This document shows, in pieces, positions 36,752-47,836 of a stretch of DNA of 64,000 bases. Source of the stretch: Spirochaetae bacterium HGW-Spirochaetae-5 (GTDB lineage: Bacteria > Spirochaetota > UBA4802 > UBA5550). The first letter of the stretch is position 1. Every line of letters begins with the position of its first letter. The notes under the pieces are model-generated. The model searched no databases, was not told where the DNA came from, and saw only the letters and a list, made by a program, of their open reading frames with translations. The DNA is taken from NCBI GenBank assembly GCA_002839285.1, contig PGXT01000001.1, positions 6,573 through 70,572 on the forward strand, written 5' to 3'. A program made the position numbers and the translations under genes.

Positions 36752-38650
36752 TTATGCTTCTATATCTGTTTTATAATCATCACCGGTAGTGCTATTAACT
36801 GCAGTTTTCCCGTTTGACATAGGTGGAAGCTCCTCTCCTGCCATTATCTTGACAATATCAGCAGCATCAAGAGTCTCTCTTTCGATCAGGCTCTTAGCCA
36901 TTGTTTCGAATTTCTCTCTCCCTTCGATAAGCTTTTTTCTTGCTTCATCGAGACAGAATTTTATAATTCTATCTACCTCTTCATCTATTATCTGGGCTGT
37001 AGACTCGCTGAAATCACGGTGCTGAGATATCTCCCTTCCGAGGAAAATCTGCTCCTGTTTAGCACCGAATGACATTGGACCTACTTTTTCACTCATACCC
37101 CACTCTGTTACCATTTTACGGGCAATATCAGAGGCCCTTGCAATGTCATTGCTTGAACCGGTTGTTACCTCACCGAATTTAAGCTCTTCAGCGAGATGTC
37201 CTCCGAAGAGTATCTGGATCTGATTGAGCCAGTGATTTTTAGAATGTATATGCTTCTCTTCAGATGGAAGCTGCATGGTCAAGCCGAGAGCACGGCCCCT
37301 GGGAATAATTGTTACTTTATGAATAGGATCGGAACCGGTCATAAGCCCCAGTATTGCATGACCTGATTCATGATAAGCAATTATTACTTTCTCCGAATCG
37401 CTTATGAGCATAGATCGTCTTTCAGGCCCCATGAGGACTTTATCCTTGGCCTCTTCCATCTCCTGCATCCCTACTCTCTTCTTGTTCTTTCTTGCCGCAA
37501 GCAGAGCCCCTTCGTTCACCAGATTGGCAAGGTCGGCACCGGTAAACCCCGGTGTGCCCCGGGCAATGACTTTAAGATCCACTTCACGTGAAAGAGGTAT
37601 CTTCTTTGTATGAACAGCAAGAATCTTTTCTCTACCTCTGATATCAGGTATATCAACAACAACCTGTCTGTCGAAACGTCCGGGACGAAGGAGAGCCGGA
37701 TCGAGTACATCGGGTCTGTTAGTTGCTGCTATAATAATAACACCTTCATTAGCTTCAAATCCATCCATCTCGACAAGGAGCTGATTAAGCGTCTGCTCTC
37801 TTTCATCATGTCCGCCGCCGAGTCCAGCACCTCTGAGACGTCCAACAGCATCAATTTCATCTATAAAAATTATACATGGCGCACTCTTCTTACCCTGCTC
37901 AAAAAGATCTCTCACACGTGATGCACCAACTCCGACAAACATCTCGACGAAGTCGGAACCGCTTATTGAGAAAAATGGAACACCCGCTTCACCGGCAATG
38001 GCTCTTGCAAGAAGAGTCTTACCTGTTCCCGGAGGCCCCACAAGAAGAACACCCGTGGGTATCCTTGCTCCGATTGCTATAAATTTTTTAGGCTCTTTAA
38101 GGAAATCAACAATCTCTTTAAGTTCCTCTTTAGCTTCATCAGCACCGGCTACATCCCCGAAGTTAACTTTATTCTTCATATCGGGATTCAGTTTTGCTTT
38201 GCTCTTTCCGAAAGCAAGAGCTTTATTACCGGCACCCTGAATCTGTCTGAACATTAAAAACCATATTAAAGCAAAGAAAATGAGCCATGGCAGAAAACTT
38301 AAAATACTCTTCAGAATAATTTTATCATCTTCATCTGAACCTTCAACTGCCACTTTACTGTCAAGAAGTGTTTTCATAAGTGCAGGATCGTCGAATGGAA
38401 TCTGAGTTGTAAAATCATATCCGTCATCATTTCTGCTTACAGCTTTAGTTTCAGAACTCTTATATTTCCCTGAGATTTTCTTCCCATTATCAACTCTTAC
38501 TTTTGAAATTTCGCTGTTTTTCACTTTTTCAAGAAAAACGCTATAATCTAGAGTAACTTTTTCATTACCGGTTTCGTTCATCTTGAAAATTGCCATAATG
38601 ATTAGACCTATCAGCAGAAAAAAAGCTATCTGTTTTGTTACCTTGTTCAT
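36752..38650 (-). CDS. ftsH: ATP-dependent zinc metalloprotease FtsH
   Basis: AAA Walker A GPPGTGKT, second region of homology, HESGHAI zinc motif, N-terminal two-TM anchor. Confidence 0.95.
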   Translation of the reverse strand: MNKVTKQIAFFLLIGLIIMAIFKMNETGNEKVTLDYSVFLEKVKNSEISKVRVDNGKKISGKYKSSETKAVSRNDDGYDFTTQIPFDDPALMKTLLDSKVAVEGSDEDDKIILKSILSFLPWLIFFALIWFLMFRQIQGAGNKALAFGKSKAKLNPDMKNKVNFGDVAGADEAKEELKEIVDFLKEPKKFIAIGARIPTGVLLVGPPGTGKTLLARAIAGEAGVPFFSISGSDFVEMFVGVGASRVRDLFEQGKKSAPCIIFIDEIDAVGRLRGAGLGGGHDEREQTLNQLLVEMDGFEANEGVIIIAATNRPDVLDPALLRPGRFDRQVVVDIPDIRGREKILAVHTKKIPLSREVDLKVIARGTPGFTGADLANLVNEGALLAARKNKKRVGMQEMEEAKDKVLMGPERRSMLISDSEKVIIAYHESGHAILGLMTGSDPIHKVTIIPRGRALGLTMQLPSEEKHIHSKNHWLNQIQILFGGHLAEELKFGEVTTGSSNDIARASDIARKMVTEWGMSEKVGPMSFGAKQEQIFLGREISQHRDFSESTAQIIDEEVDRIIKFCLDEARKKLIEGREKFETMAKSLIERETLDAADIVKIMAGEELPPMSNGKTAVNSTTGDDYKTDIEA

Positions 38651-38806
38651 TCTCTACTCCTGAAATGTATGTATAGATGCTTCACATTCTCAATATAATG
38701 ATTAAGAATACCGGATAAACCGGGCGGGATCATAAACGGCAGCAGCCTTATACTCCCGGAAAACAACGGACTGGAACATTACGTTATTTTTAAAACTTAA
38801 CTACAA

Positions 38807-40222
38807 TCAATAATCACTGAAAAAAAATGCAAGTATTCTTTTTGTGTCATCCTTTATGTGGAAGTTACAGGCAATTCTGTTATTATTTGAATTCACTAAG
38901 CCGGGAAGGTACGCAGCTACGTGATTATCTGCAACGATAAGCGGTATACTATTTTTAACTCTGATGTCAAGTTTCTTTTCAATCATAATTTCTTTAATTT
39001 TCTTTGAACCGGTTTCAATTATAATGCGATCACCGGCACGGCGGTTTCTGATCTCCAGATGCTCAACATCCTGTTCCGGCTGTAAAAATATGACATCATT
39101 CCGCTCTTTATTCTGATTGTAAAATTCATTATCGACAATACTTACTTTTAATTCTTTTTTCAGTTCGGGAATTCTGATAAGATTCCCATCTTCAATCGAA
39201 AGGGGATATCCCCAGTTCACATTGAAATCCTCACTTTTCGTCATTTCACCTATAATTATAATCTTTTTATTATTAACTGAACTTTTTCTGATTACCAGAT
39301 TACCCTTTTCGTAGAGAATCATATTTGCGGAATTTATCAGATACCTTCTGTAAATCTCACCAAAGATAGATATATTAACCTTAATCCCATATTCTTCAGA
39401 AAGGATCTTCGATATAAAAAACTTTATCTGGGCAAAGTCTTCATGAAAACCTTCTAAACTGATTATAATATCAGAACCGGCTTTATTTACAGCATCAGGA
39501 TATAATTTACCTGATAATCCCATGATAAGAGACTGATTTTCAATTGCATGTTTTGCAAGATTAACCAGATTCTCTTCAGCCGGAGGAAACCGTTCTGCAA
39601 TTGACGGGAGAATTACGTTGCGGAGATAATTCCTAAGATAAGTATTATCTTCATTGGAAAGATCCTCTCTCCATTGAAGATTATGATTCTCCAGATAGGA
39701 GTAGATTTCATTCTTTTGCGCGAAAAGGACAGGACGGATAATATTATCTGTTACGGGAAGAATCCCCCTTACTCCTGATATGCCGGTACCGGAGAGTATT
39801 CTCATCAGCACGGTTTCTGCATTATCGTTGAGATTATGGGCTGTTGCAATTTTATTATAATTCTCACTTTCTGATATCTGCCGGAGAAGAGAGTATCTTT
39901 TATCGCGTGCCTGTTCTTCAAAGGAGATACCGCTGATTTTATTCTTATTAAAATCAAACCGTTCGATATAGCAGGGAATAGAAAACTCTTCACTTTTGTT
40001 TTTTATAAAAAATTCATCTTTATCGGTTTCAATACCGCGGGTTAAATGATTAAGATGAAATATACCTGTTGAGAACGTGATCTCCTGCTGGAGTTTTTTC
40101 ATCAAATGGAGCATAAACATGGAATCTTTTCCGGCAGAGAGTGACAGGAGAATTTTATCACCGGAAGTAATCAAGTCATTAGCGATAACAAAATCCCTGA
40201 ACCGGCTGTAAATGTCATCCAT
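38807..40222 (-). CDS. tilS: tRNA(Ile)-lysidine synthetase
   Basis: PP-loop LSLSAGKDSMFMLHL. 471 aa. Immediately upstream of ftsH as in many bacteria. Confidence 0.85.
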   Translation of the reverse strand: MDDIYSRFRDFVIANDLITSGDKILLSLSAGKDSMFMLHLMKKLQQEITFSTGIFHLNHLTRGIETDKDEFFIKNKSEEFSIPCYIERFDFNKNKISGISFEEQARDKRYSLLRQISESENYNKIATAHNLNDNAETVLMRILSGTGISGVRGILPVTDNIIRPVLFAQKNEIYSYLENHNLQWREDLSNEDNTYLRNYLRNVILPSIAERFPPAEENLVNLAKHAIENQSLIMGLSGKLYPDAVNKAGSDIIISLEGFHEDFAQIKFFISKILSEEYGIKVNISIFGEIYRRYLINSANMILYEKGNLVIRKSSVNNKKIIIIGEMTKSEDFNVNWGYPLSIEDGNLIRIPELKKELKVSIVDNEFYNQNKERNDVIFLQPEQDVEHLEIRNRRAGDRIIIETGSKKIKEIMIEKKLDIRVKNSIPLIVADNHVAAYLPGLVNSNNNRIACNFHIKDDTKRILAFFFSDY

Positions 40223-40242
40223 AATTAAGGAATACTGTAAGA

Positions 40243-40701
40243 TTAAATTTTAATTTTATTGAATATTTTTTCTTCAAGAGAATTCATCCTCTTTTCATCT
40301 TCCGGGGATTTTTCATGGTCGTAACCGAGGAGATGAAGAGCTCCATGAATAATAAGCCGCTTTATCTCTTCAGCAATGGTCACTTCATATTCAAGAGCCT
40401 GCTTTGATGCAGTTTCAAGAGAAATATATATATCACCAAGCTCTTCCATGGGGTTATCTATTATGGGGAACGGGTCATCGCGGTATGCGAAACTTATTAC
40501 ATCTGTGGGTTTATCCTTCCCGCGGTATTCCGAATTTATTGAAGTTATATATTCATCATCAGTTAATATTAGATTTACCGATACATTGTCTGTCTCTGTT
40601 TCGATCAAAGTCATTTCTGCTATTGAATAAAACAATTCCTCTTTAAGATCTCTATACGGCAGAGTTATATTTCCTTCAGTAAAAATTTCAATTGAACGCA
40701 T
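40243..40701 (-). CDS. ybeY: rRNA maturation endoribonuclease YbeY
   Basis: HGALHLLGYDH zinc-binding motif. 152 aa. Confidence 0.9.
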   Translation of the reverse strand: MRSIEIFTEGNITLPYRDLKEELFYSIAEMTLIETETDNVSVNLILTDDEYITSINSEYRGKDKPTDVISFAYRDDPFPIIDNPMEELGDIYISLETASKQALEYEVTIAEEIKRLIIHGALHLLGYDHEKSPEDEKRMNSLEEKIFNKIKI

Positions 40702-40724
40702 AATTAAATTCCGCTAAACCCATA

Positions 40725-43025
40725 TTATTGAATATCTCTCATTTCACGGGCTTCCTTTTCAAGATCTTTAATCCGTTCACTGTCAGGATACTCTATTCTT
40801 GTATGAAATATTCCGAAGAGCATCCGCAGGAATACGTTCTGCACCACTTTCAGTTCGACCATAGAGAGACCGGAATCATCCAGGTCTCCATCGTTAAGTT
40901 TGTTATATATTATTTTACGGACCATCCCTTCAAGTTTCTCCTTTGAAGGATCCTTCAGTGATCTCGATGCAGCTTCAATCGAATCAGCAAGCATTACAAT
41001 TGCGGACTCTTTACTTTGAGGCTGAGGACCGGGATACTGAAAATCATTACGGTTAACCGGTTCCGATGTATTTCCGCTTGCATTTTCAAGAGCCTGATGA
41101 TAAAAGAAAGTCATCGTTGATGTACCGTGATGCTCACGGATAAAGTCTATAACAGCCTCGGGGAGACCATGCTTTTTGGCCATTGTCACCCCCTTGTTTA
41201 CATGTGATATTATAAGCTTCGAATATTCAGTGGGGGACATCCTCTTTGCTCTGATATCTGTAATCCCGTTTTCAATATATATGCCGGGATCGTTAATTTT
41301 CCCTATATCATGATAAAACGCCCCAACCCTTGCAAGCATATAATTCGCGTTGATCTCCTTACATGCAGCTTCGGCCAGAGTTGAAACAACAAGCGAATGG
41401 TTATAAGTTCCAGGCGCATTAAGAAGCATCTTCTTGAATATATTCGCATTTAAATCCGACAATTCAAGGAGTTTGAATTTTGTTGTAATGTCAAAAAAAT
41501 GTTCGTAAATGGGGAAAATCCCAAGAGCAAGAATAGAATTAAGAATACCGCTGGCAATTGCAAGTTCTGAATTTGTTAATGCTATTTTCCATGGAGTATT
41601 TTCAATCAGCGCAATAGACGTGATGATAACTGCGTTTATCACTCCGAGTATGAGCCCCCCTTTGAAAAAGTCCGAACGTTTATCCACATGAAGATTAATA
41701 AATGTCCCCATTACCGCAGAACTGAAGGCAAGATAAACACTCTGGGTATCGATCCCCACGATCATCAGGGCGAAAAAAACAATATAAAGACCGACAAAAA
41801 GAGACAGATATATATTGTAAAGTATTGAAATCATCATTGTAATAAATGGAATCGGCATAAGAAGAATATATGAAACTTTCGATGCTCTGGCCATTTCAAA
41901 GTTTTCAATGAAAAATGCATATATCATAAAAAACATAATCAGAGAACAGATTACAATTATCCCCTTCCTGTCGGGGAAATAATACAGCTCATATGTGAAA
42001 GTAAAAAAGCTGAGAAGAGCTACAAAAATAACCTGAAGAAGTATCAGTCCCATGATAAAATTTATATGAGAAGTTTTAGCATATTTATTTATTATAGCGA
42101 TTTTCTGAATTACCTCATTGGTAACCGTATCCCCTTCCCGGATTATTGTCTGCCCCTTTTTCAGAAGTCCCGTAACCGGTTTTATCTCTTTAAGCTTTTC
42201 GTCAATCCGTCTTAAAGTCTCTTCTGAGTTGAATGCGAGATTCGGTTTAAGATAATTTTTTATTACTGCTGAAACGGCCAGAAGAGTCTCCTGAGGTAAA
42301 AATGGCGCCACCGAATAGCATACATTATAAAGACGCTGCTTGACATTTTCAACAGTCTGCAGATCATCAAGAACTGCCGGGACCTCTTCGTCGGCATCGG
42401 GTGAATCACCGCTTCGGATTGTTACTGACTTAATGTTAAGTTTAAGCGGATTATCGTATTCAAGATCGAGTACACCTAATCCCTTATAATCATATATATA
42501 TATTAATATTTTAATTACTGAACTTTTAAGCTGTCTGGGATTATCATAAAGAAGGAGACTTAAAAGAATCTCATCACTGTAATATTGAGAACGCGGCAAC
42601 CGGCTTTTAAGCATTTCAAGCTGAGCATCAAGGTCGACTATACCGGCTGGTATACTCTCTTCTATTGTTTTTATAAGAGCTGACAAGAGGATGTCGGCAG
42701 ATTTAATATTATCTTCAAGAACGGATGTATCTTTATCAAATACAAGTTTTTCACCCTGCAGGGCTATTGCTTTCTGAGATTCAGTCTCAATATCCTTTAC
42801 AAAGTGAATATCACGGGGCACCCGGATATCTGAATCAGCAATATCACCTACATTATATGAATATGTTTTATCCGTTACCTTATAGGCAAGTATGCCTGTG
42901 GAGACCAATATCAGCAGAAAGACAAAAACATAGTATAAACGTATTTTTTTATCTTTAAATATTCTGTAAAAATTCTGGAACTCCTTAATTTCGACCGGGC
43001 AGAATATCCGCCTCAGCAGAATCAT
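40725..43025 (-). CDS. 7TM-receptor with intracellular HD hydrolase domain (7TMR-HD family)
   Basis: Large extracytoplasmic N-terminal region, 7 TM helices, C-terminal HD motif FYHDIGK. Sits between phoH and ybeY as in the conserved ybeZ-ybeY neighbourhood. Confidence 0.8.
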   Translation of the reverse strand: MILLRRIFCPVEIKEFQNFYRIFKDKKIRLYYVFVFLLILVSTGILAYKVTDKTYSYNVGDIADSDIRVPRDIHFVKDIETESQKAIALQGEKLVFDKDTSVLEDNIKSADILLSALIKTIEESIPAGIVDLDAQLEMLKSRLPRSQYYSDEILLSLLLYDNPRQLKSSVIKILIYIYDYKGLGVLDLEYDNPLKLNIKSVTIRSGDSPDADEEVPAVLDDLQTVENVKQRLYNVCYSVAPFLPQETLLAVSAVIKNYLKPNLAFNSEETLRRIDEKLKEIKPVTGLLKKGQTIIREGDTVTNEVIQKIAIINKYAKTSHINFIMGLILLQVIFVALLSFFTFTYELYYFPDRKGIIVICSLIMFFMIYAFFIENFEMARASKVSYILLMPIPFITMMISILYNIYLSLFVGLYIVFFALMIVGIDTQSVYLAFSSAVMGTFINLHVDKRSDFFKGGLILGVINAVIITSIALIENTPWKIALTNSELAIASGILNSILALGIFPIYEHFFDITTKFKLLELSDLNANIFKKMLLNAPGTYNHSLVVSTLAEAACKEINANYMLARVGAFYHDIGKINDPGIYIENGITDIRAKRMSPTEYSKLIISHVNKGVTMAKKHGLPEAVIDFIREHHGTSTMTFFYHQALENASGNTSEPVNRNDFQYPGPQPQSKESAIVMLADSIEAASRSLKDPSKEKLEGMVRKIIYNKLNDGDLDDSGLSMVELKVVQNVFLRMLFGIFHTRIEYPDSERIKDLEKEAREMRDIQ

Positions 43026-43143
43026 TCAGACAAACCTGATGAGAGCATTTAAACTGTCCTGGAGCAGTATCAAGTGACTCTCCGCCCACAAGACCATATA
43101 ATAGATTGAGTAATTGAAAAATGCATTTTAATAGCAAATACAA

Positions 43144-44103
43144 CTAATTATAACCGGCTTTCTCGTACGCTTCAACAATTTTTTCAACAATTGGATGTCT
43201 TGAAATATCTTCCCGTGAAAAATTTATAAATTCAATTCCATTAATATTCCTGAGTATCTTCTGACTCTGAATAAGACCTGAAAACTGAGGTTTTGCAAGG
43301 TCAATCTGCGTAACATCACCGGATATTACAAATTTTGAATTACTGCCGAGTCTTGTCAAAAACATTTTCATCTGAGACATTGTTGTATTCTGAGCTTCAT
43401 CAAGAATAATATAGGCATTATTCAATGTCCGTCCTCTCATATATGCCAGAGGAGCTATCTCGATGAAACCCTTTTCAATAAGTGATGTAACCCTCTCGGC
43501 ACCAAGAAGATCAAAAAGAGCATCATATAACGGCCTTAAATAGGGATTTATCTTCTGAATAAGATCCCCCGGGAGAAATCCCAGGTTTTCTCCGGCTTCA
43601 ACAGCAGGTCTTGTCAGAACTATCCTCTCGACCTTACCTTTAAGAAAGTAATGAATTGCCATTACCACCGCAAGATATGTTTTCCCGGTACCTGCAGGCC
43701 CTATTCCGAATGTTACCGGTGAATTATGAATGGCATTCAGATATGAAGCCTGATTTACCGTTCTGGGAACAATGGTTTTTCCTGTATCGGGTATGAATAT
43801 TTTAAGCCTGTTTATTTCGTCAAGTCTGAATTTATGGCCGGAATTTATCGTAGTGGTAATATAGCGTATTTCGAAGTCATCAAGTTCCTGATTAACATCC
43901 TTCTTATCAAGATACTCTGTAAAAGCCTGGAGCACCTCAAGACCCTTGACAGCATCAATTTCAGACTGAATAATTACGGTGTTTCCTCTGGGGATCATTG
44001 TAATCCCCAGAATTTTCTCCACCTGTCTGAGATTTTTATCTTTAAAACCGCAGACCCTCCTGTATAAAGAGGAATCTTCAACTTCGAAAACTTCTTTGAA
44101 CAT
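43144..44103 (-). CDS. phoH: PhoH-like ATPase
   Basis: Walker A GPAGTGKTYLAV. 319 aa. Confidence 0.9.
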   Translation of the reverse strand: MFKEVFEVEDSSLYRRVCGFKDKNLRQVEKILGITMIPRGNTVIIQSEIDAVKGLEVLQAFTEYLDKKDVNQELDDFEIRYITTTINSGHKFRLDEINRLKIFIPDTGKTIVPRTVNQASYLNAIHNSPVTFGIGPAGTGKTYLAVVMAIHYFLKGKVERIVLTRPAVEAGENLGFLPGDLIQKINPYLRPLYDALFDLLGAERVTSLIEKGFIEIAPLAYMRGRTLNNAYIILDEAQNTTMSQMKMFLTRLGSNSKFVISGDVTQIDLAKPQFSGLIQSQKILRNINGIEFINFSREDISRHPIVEKIVEAYEKAGYN

Positions 44104-45878
44104 TATTTTTTTACTATCCTGAGTGAAAGCTCGTTCAGCTGATCATCCGACACATGAGAGGGAGCTTCACTCATCATACACTGGCCCTTCTGTGTTTTAG
44201 GGAATGCTATAACTTCTCTGATCGAATTCTTTTTAAGCAGTAGCATCATAACCCTGTCAAGACCCAGCGCCAATCCCCCGTGAGGCGGAGCACCAAACTG
44301 AAGCGCGTCGAGAAGAAATGAAAATTTAACTCTCGCTTCCTCTTCAGACATGCCGAGTATGCTGAATAATTTGGACTGTACCGCAGAATCATGTATCCTG
44401 ATTGAACCGCCCCCGATTTCAGATCCGTTTAGAACTATATCGTAAGCCTGCGCTTTAATTTTACCGGCATTTTCAGGGGTAATATTATTTAGCAGATCCA
44501 TATGTTCAGGCAGAGGAGCGGTAAAAGGATGATGAACCGCATAATATCTCTTATCCTCTTCGTGATATTCAATAAGAGGAAAATTTTTAACCCAGAGGAA
44601 GTTAAGTTTACTATCGTCAATCATATCAAGATCTCTTGCGATTTTCAGTCTCATATTCGCAAGAGTTGTATTTACTATCTGAGCCTTATCTACAGAGAAG
44701 AATATTACAGCAGGTTCTTTAAGTTCAAACCTCTCCACTAGTTTACTCTTCTCGTCATCAGTAATGAACTTGGATATTCCGCCTTCGAAATTTCCGTTAC
44801 TGTATTTAAACATGGGGAAACCTTTGGCTCCGAACTTCTTAACATATTCCGAGTAGTCATCTGTCATTTTCCGTGAGAGTTTCCCGCCATCCTCAACTGC
44901 AATACCTTTAATTACACCTTTCGATGAAAGCGCAGAAGAGAATACATTGAAAGTGGAAGAAGCAAATATATCGGAGCAATCTCTGATTTCAAAACCAACC
45001 CTGGTATCCGGTGCATCTGTTCCGTACTTGCTCATTGCCTCATCATAGTCGATCACAGGGAACTTATATGAAACATCTTTTCCTGTTACCTCTTTTACAG
45101 CCTGTTTGAGAAGGTCTTCAATTATCTCCATGATCATGTCAGGAGTAATAAATGAGAGTTCCATATCTATCTGGGTAAACTCCGGCTGACGGTCATTCCG
45201 GAGATCTTCGTCACGGAAACATTTTACTATCTGAAAATAACGGTCGTATCCGGAAATCATAAGTATCTGTTTAAAAAGCTGAGGCGACTGAGGGAGTGCG
45301 TAAAACTCCCCCTTATTAATTCTGCTTGGTACAAGAAAGTCTCTCGCACCTTCAGGTGTTGACTTATTTAACATAGGAGTCTCTATCTCAATAAAACGTC
45401 TGTCGCTGAGAAATTTCCTGGTGAACTGCATCATCTGATGGCGTTTGATCATCGATTCTTTCATATCTTCACGGCGAAGATCGAGGAATCTGTATTTCAG
45501 CCTTACTTCTTCGTTTACAGTATCCCTTATATCTAGAGAGAATGGAGGGACAAGGGATTTGTTTAAAATTAAAATACTGTCGGCAACAATTTCAATCTGC
45601 CCGGTGGGAACATTGGGATTGATCGTCTCTTTTGATCTCTCACGGACTTTACCCTTTATCTGCACTACCCATTCACTTCTTACGCTGTCTGCTATTTCAG
45701 CATTTTCCTTAGATACTGATGAATCGAATACCGCCTGAATAATACCTGTTACATCACGTATTTCAAGAAATATTATCCCGCCCAGGTCCCTCTTTCTGTC
45801 AACCCAGCCTGATATAGAAACGTCACTGCCGGTGTCATTAAGTTTTAACTCACCGCAGTATGATCTGTCATTAAACAT
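44103..45878 (-). CDS. aspS: aspartyl-tRNA synthetase
   Basis: Class II motifs FRDEDLR, GGGSIRIH and GLDR. N-terminal OB anticodon-binding domain. 591 aa. Confidence 0.95.
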   Translation of the reverse strand: MFNDRSYCGELKLNDTGSDVSISGWVDRKRDLGGIIFLEIRDVTGIIQAVFDSSVSKENAEIADSVRSEWVVQIKGKVRERSKETINPNVPTGQIEIVADSILILNKSLVPPFSLDIRDTVNEEVRLKYRFLDLRREDMKESMIKRHQMMQFTRKFLSDRRFIEIETPMLNKSTPEGARDFLVPSRINKGEFYALPQSPQLFKQILMISGYDRYFQIVKCFRDEDLRNDRQPEFTQIDMELSFITPDMIMEIIEDLLKQAVKEVTGKDVSYKFPVIDYDEAMSKYGTDAPDTRVGFEIRDCSDIFASSTFNVFSSALSSKGVIKGIAVEDGGKLSRKMTDDYSEYVKKFGAKGFPMFKYSNGNFEGGISKFITDDEKSKLVERFELKEPAVIFFSVDKAQIVNTTLANMRLKIARDLDMIDDSKLNFLWVKNFPLIEYHEEDKRYYAVHHPFTAPLPEHMDLLNNITPENAGKIKAQAYDIVLNGSEIGGGSIRIHDSAVQSKLFSILGMSEEEARVKFSFLLDALQFGAPPHGGLALGLDRVMMLLLKKNSIREVIAFPKTQKGQCMMSEAPSHVSDDQLNELSLRIVKK

Positions 45879-46077
45879 GGCTCTCCTCTAAAAAACAAAT
45901 ATATAATTATAACATTTTTGCGCAAATCCTGCTTACGCCTGAATAGACAATGCGGTTTTTTGACCCTTTACCATCTATTATTTGTGCAGCTGAAACTATG
46001 CACGGGAATTATTAATAATTTTTTCACGACGGTATTTGTCAAGTCTAAAAATCAGAAGTGTATAAATCTGAGTAATA

Positions 46078-47136
46078 TCAGAATTTTTCCGGAGCTTTAT
46101 ATCTCCCCCAGAATTTTAAATGGGTTAATGAAGTTAAAGTCATAATTCTTTCTATTGCGCGAAACCGAATTAAATAATGAATAATCCGGTATGTCATGAA
46201 ATAAAACGGAAGAACAATAACTGAGAAAATCATAAATTTAATAAATGCATTATTCATCCAGGACAAGTACGAAAATGTACCGGAATTTGTCACCAGATAG
46301 GCTATAGATGCTGATATTATAATTGAGAAAAGATAAAAAAAAGCGAATAGAAATCCGTGAGGAGTTTCAATAGCCTTTTCAGGACAGACGTTCATACAGT
46401 GCATACAGCTTTCACATTTCGATGTCCAGAACATTCTCCTGTCAACAACAGTAATGGCCCTGACCGGACACTCCCTTACGCAGCGCATGCATTTTGTGCA
46501 GTCTCTTGAAGCAAAATATGACTTAGATAAAAATAATCTGCCAAGCAGGAGATATCCTATGGCAACAGGTGATATCATCGTATCCTGTAAAACATCATAC
46601 ATCGCACGGTAAACCTTCCTGCCGGTAAGTATTCTTTCTGCAAATCGTGTTACCCTTATCTTCTGCTTACTATAAATAAACTCTGTACCGGCAGGCCCGA
46701 TTGCAGGGTGAAGTGATATCCAGTTTGACGGCAGATCAACAGGAAACAGACCGGCAATTCTGTACCCTTTAAAAAGCAGTATTACTGCGGATATATAATG
46801 AAGAACGCCGCTTAAGCCTGGAAGAACAATTTTAAACAACCTGACCCCGGCGCGGGTGTTAAGAACAAAAGCATCAGCTCCATCGGTCGAAGGGAATCTT
46901 CTTATGAATTTTCGAGTGATTTCAGGGAAATGAAATCCATGAGTCGGGGAACAGAATCCGACCATTGTACCGGCAGAAGGAGAAATCAGATCCCCGGATT
47001 GTATTTTAGAGATATCAATCATCTCTGCCTTAATCCCCAGTCTCTCCGCTGTTTCGCAGATCCAGAACGCGCAATGTTTCGCGTTTCCTGTTCCTGAAAA
47101 ATAATAAACAATAAGCTGATTATATTTTTTATTCAT
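46078..47136 (-). CDS. flavodoxin-like/4Fe-4S ferredoxin-domain membrane protein
   Basis: Two CxxCxxCxxxCP clusters (CTKCMRCVRECP, CESCMHCMNVCP), a flavodoxin-like N-terminus (VYYFSGTGN) and C-terminal TM helices. Confidence 0.6.
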   Translation of the reverse strand: MNKKYNQLIVYYFSGTGNAKHCAFWICETAERLGIKAEMIDISKIQSGDLISPSAGTMVGFCSPTHGFHFPEITRKFIRRFPSTDGADAFVLNTRAGVRLFKIVLPGLSGVLHYISAVILLFKGYRIAGLFPVDLPSNWISLHPAIGPAGTEFIYSKQKIRVTRFAERILTGRKVYRAMYDVLQDTMISPVAIGYLLLGRLFLSKSYFASRDCTKCMRCVRECPVRAITVVDRRMFWTSKCESCMHCMNVCPEKAIETPHGFLFAFFYLFSIIISASIAYLVTNSGTFSYLSWMNNAFIKFMIFSVIVLPFYFMTYRIIHYLIRFRAIERIMTLTSLTHLKFWGRYKAPEKF

Positions 47137-47188
47137 TACATCGCTTCCTGCATATCAGACTTTCAGGCCCAAAGGCAGACGAAGCCTG

Positions 47189-47605
47189 TTATTTGATGAT
47201 AGGCTTTGTCTCTTTACCGGCATCTGCAAATCTACGGTTCATATCTTCACCAAGAGCTATAAGTCCGCTGAGAGGTCTTATTAATACTTCAAAATTTTCA
47301 ATCTGACCATCATCATTAAATTCAATCAGATCTACCCCTTTCACCGATTTTCCGTTTACCACAGCACTGAACTCAAGAGCCCAGTTTTTTCCGTCAAGAA
47401 ACTCTCTATGATATTTAAATTCTGTTAAAACTTCAATTACATTACTTAACACAAACATTGCTTCATCTTTTGTTGATTTTGGTTTAAAAACAACAGGGGA
47501 ATATAGAGTTATTTTGTCAGAGATTAATTCATTAAGAGTTTTAAGATCCTTTTCAAAGACTACCTTATGCCACCGCTCCAGAAGTTCTTTATTCTTTTTA
47601 TCCAT
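47189..47605 (-). CDS. NTF2/SnoaL-like fold protein (start moved to the internal Met; the track extension to 47719 overlaps a repeat element)
   Basis: MDKKNKELLERWHKVVFEKDL... is compatible with an NTF2-like small protein. The upstream 38 codons of the track ORF lie within the family-1 repeat. Confidence 0.4.
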   Translation of the reverse strand: MDKKNKELLERWHKVVFEKDLKTLNELISDKITLYSPVVFKPKSTKDEAMFVLSNVIEVLTEFKYHREFLDGKNWALEFSAVVNGKSVKGVDLIEFNDDGQIENFEVLIRPLSGLIALGEDMNRRFADAGKETKPIIK

Positions 47606-47653
47606 ACTATCCTCCGATATAATTCTATTTTCTGGCAGCAATTTATTTCTGAA

Positions 47654-47744
47654 GGCACAGCGCTCCGCGCTGTGCCTTAAATGGGTGATTACGGGGGCGT
47701 AGCCCCCGTAATCACCCATAACCAGCTTATGCGAAGCATAAGCA
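47654..47744. repeat. family-1 modular palindromic repeat, full copy (hairpins A, B, C)
   Basis: A: GGCACAGCGC-TCC-GCGCTGTGCC. B: ATGGGTGATTACGGGGG-CGTAG-CCCCCGTAATCACCCAT (17-bp arms). C: GCTTATGC-GAA-GCATAAGC. Confidence 0.75.
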
Positions 47745-47836
47745 CTCCTGAAAATAATTCGCTACTATACTTCCTTCAGATAAATGGATATATTTTTCCT
47801 GTCAATAAATATTATTTTTGTATATTCTAAAGAAAA

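Noticed and set aside
47606-47719. The first 38 codons of track ORF 47189..47719
   Set aside because: This extension runs through hairpin modules A and B of the family-1 repeat. An internal Met (MDKKNKELLERW...) gives a compact NTF2-like protein, so the start was moved to 47605.
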